Assembly (NCBI RefSeq): GCF_009914755.1
Contig: NC_060946.1
Reading direction: 5' to 3' (one strand)
DNA length: 64,000 bases
DNA from: the human T2T-CHM13v2.0 reference genome, Homo sapiens
Position 1 is the stretch's first letter. Every line of letters starts with the position of its first letter. This document shows positions 60,710 to 64,000 of this stretch, piece after piece. The notes beneath the pieces are model-generated. The model did no database searches and was not told where the DNA came from. It saw only the letters and a list, made by a program, of their open reading frames with translations. The position numbers and the translations under genes are program-made.

Positions 60710-61725
60710 ATGGGGAAAAAAACGTAACAGGAAAACTGAAAATTCTAAAAATCAGAGCACCTCTTCTCCTCCAAAGGAATGCAGCTTCTCAGCAGCAATG
60801 GAACAAAGCTCGACAGAGAATGACTTTGACGAGTTGAGAGAAAAGGCTTCAGACGATCAAACATCTCCGAGCTAAAGAGGAAGTTCGAACCCATCACAAA
60901 GAAGTTAAAAACCTTGAAAAAAGATTAGACAAATGGCTAACTAGAATAAGCAATGCAGAGAAGTCCTTAAAGGACCTGATGGAGCTGAAAACCATGGCAC
61001 AAGAACTATGTGACGAATGCACAAGCCTCAGTAGCCGATTCAGTCAACTGGAAGAAAGGGTATCAGTGATTGAAGATCAAATGAATGAAATGAAGTGAGA
61101 AGAAAAGTTTAGAGAAAAAAGAATAAAAAGAAATCAACAAGGCCTCCAAGAAATATGGGACTATGTGAAAAGACCAAATCTACATCTGATTGGTGTACCT
61201 GAAAGTGATGGGGAGAATGGAACCAAGTTGGAAAACACTCTGCAGGATATTATCCAGGAGAACTTCCCAAACCTAGCAAGGCAGGCAAACATTCAAATTC
61301 AGGAAATACAGAGAATGCCACAAAGATACTCCTCCAGAAGAGCAACTCCAAGACACATAATTGTCAGATTCAGCAAAGTTGAAATGAAGGAAAAAATGTT
61401 AAGGGCAGCCAGAGAGAAAGGTCGGGTTACCCACAAAGGGAAGTCCATCAGACTAACAGTTGATCTCTTGGCAGAAACTCTACAAGCCAGAAGAGAGTGG
61501 GGGCCTATATTCAACATTCTGAAAGAAAAGAATTTTCAACCCAGAATTTCATATCCAGCCAAACTAAGCTTCATAAGTGAAGGAGAAATAAAATACCTTA
61601 CAGACAAGCAAATGCTGAGAGATTTTGTCAACACCAGGCCTGCCTTACAAGAGCTCCTGAAGGAAGCACTAAACATGGAAAGGAACAACTGCTACCAGCC
61701 ACTACAAAAACATGCCAAATTGTAA
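60710..61725 (+). pseudogene. L1 ORF1p, disrupted in the N-terminal half
   Basis: Frameshifts and a TGA at ~61096; RRM/CTD part (61165..61725) still open. Confidence 0.92.
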
Positions 61726-61788
61726 ACACCATCGATGCTAGGAAGAAACTGCATCAACCAACGAGCAAATTAACCAGCTAACATCATA

Positions 61789-64000
<2,212 letters not shown>

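Overview
Primate (most likely human) non-coding genomic DNA, intergenic or deep intronic. It is dominated by interspersed repeats: two L1PA4-6-like LINE-1s on + (one complete, 31.3-37.7 kb; one starting at ~59.7 kb and running off the window), several truncated L1s, six Alus, MaLR/ERV solo LTRs, L2/MIR relics, DNA-transposon MITEs and microsatellites. No host protein-coding exon or RNA gene could be supported, and every long ORF is retroelement-derived. The most notable observations are: (1) the two long L1s, 28 kb apart with unrelated flanks, share the same non-CpG premature stop in ORF2 plus several other non-consensus changes; (2) the first L1 is a chimera, with a 219-nt internal ORF2 fragment fused in front of its 5'UTR inside one pair of TSDs; (3) both L1s keep an open, extended antisense ORF0 although ORF1 and ORF2 are broken; (4) a ~300-bp local inverted duplication has a 112-bp perfect core; (5) a ~319-bp direct duplication has a palindromic, Alu-interrupted spacer. 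Subfamily names come from recalled consensus sequences and boundaries of old repeats are approximate.
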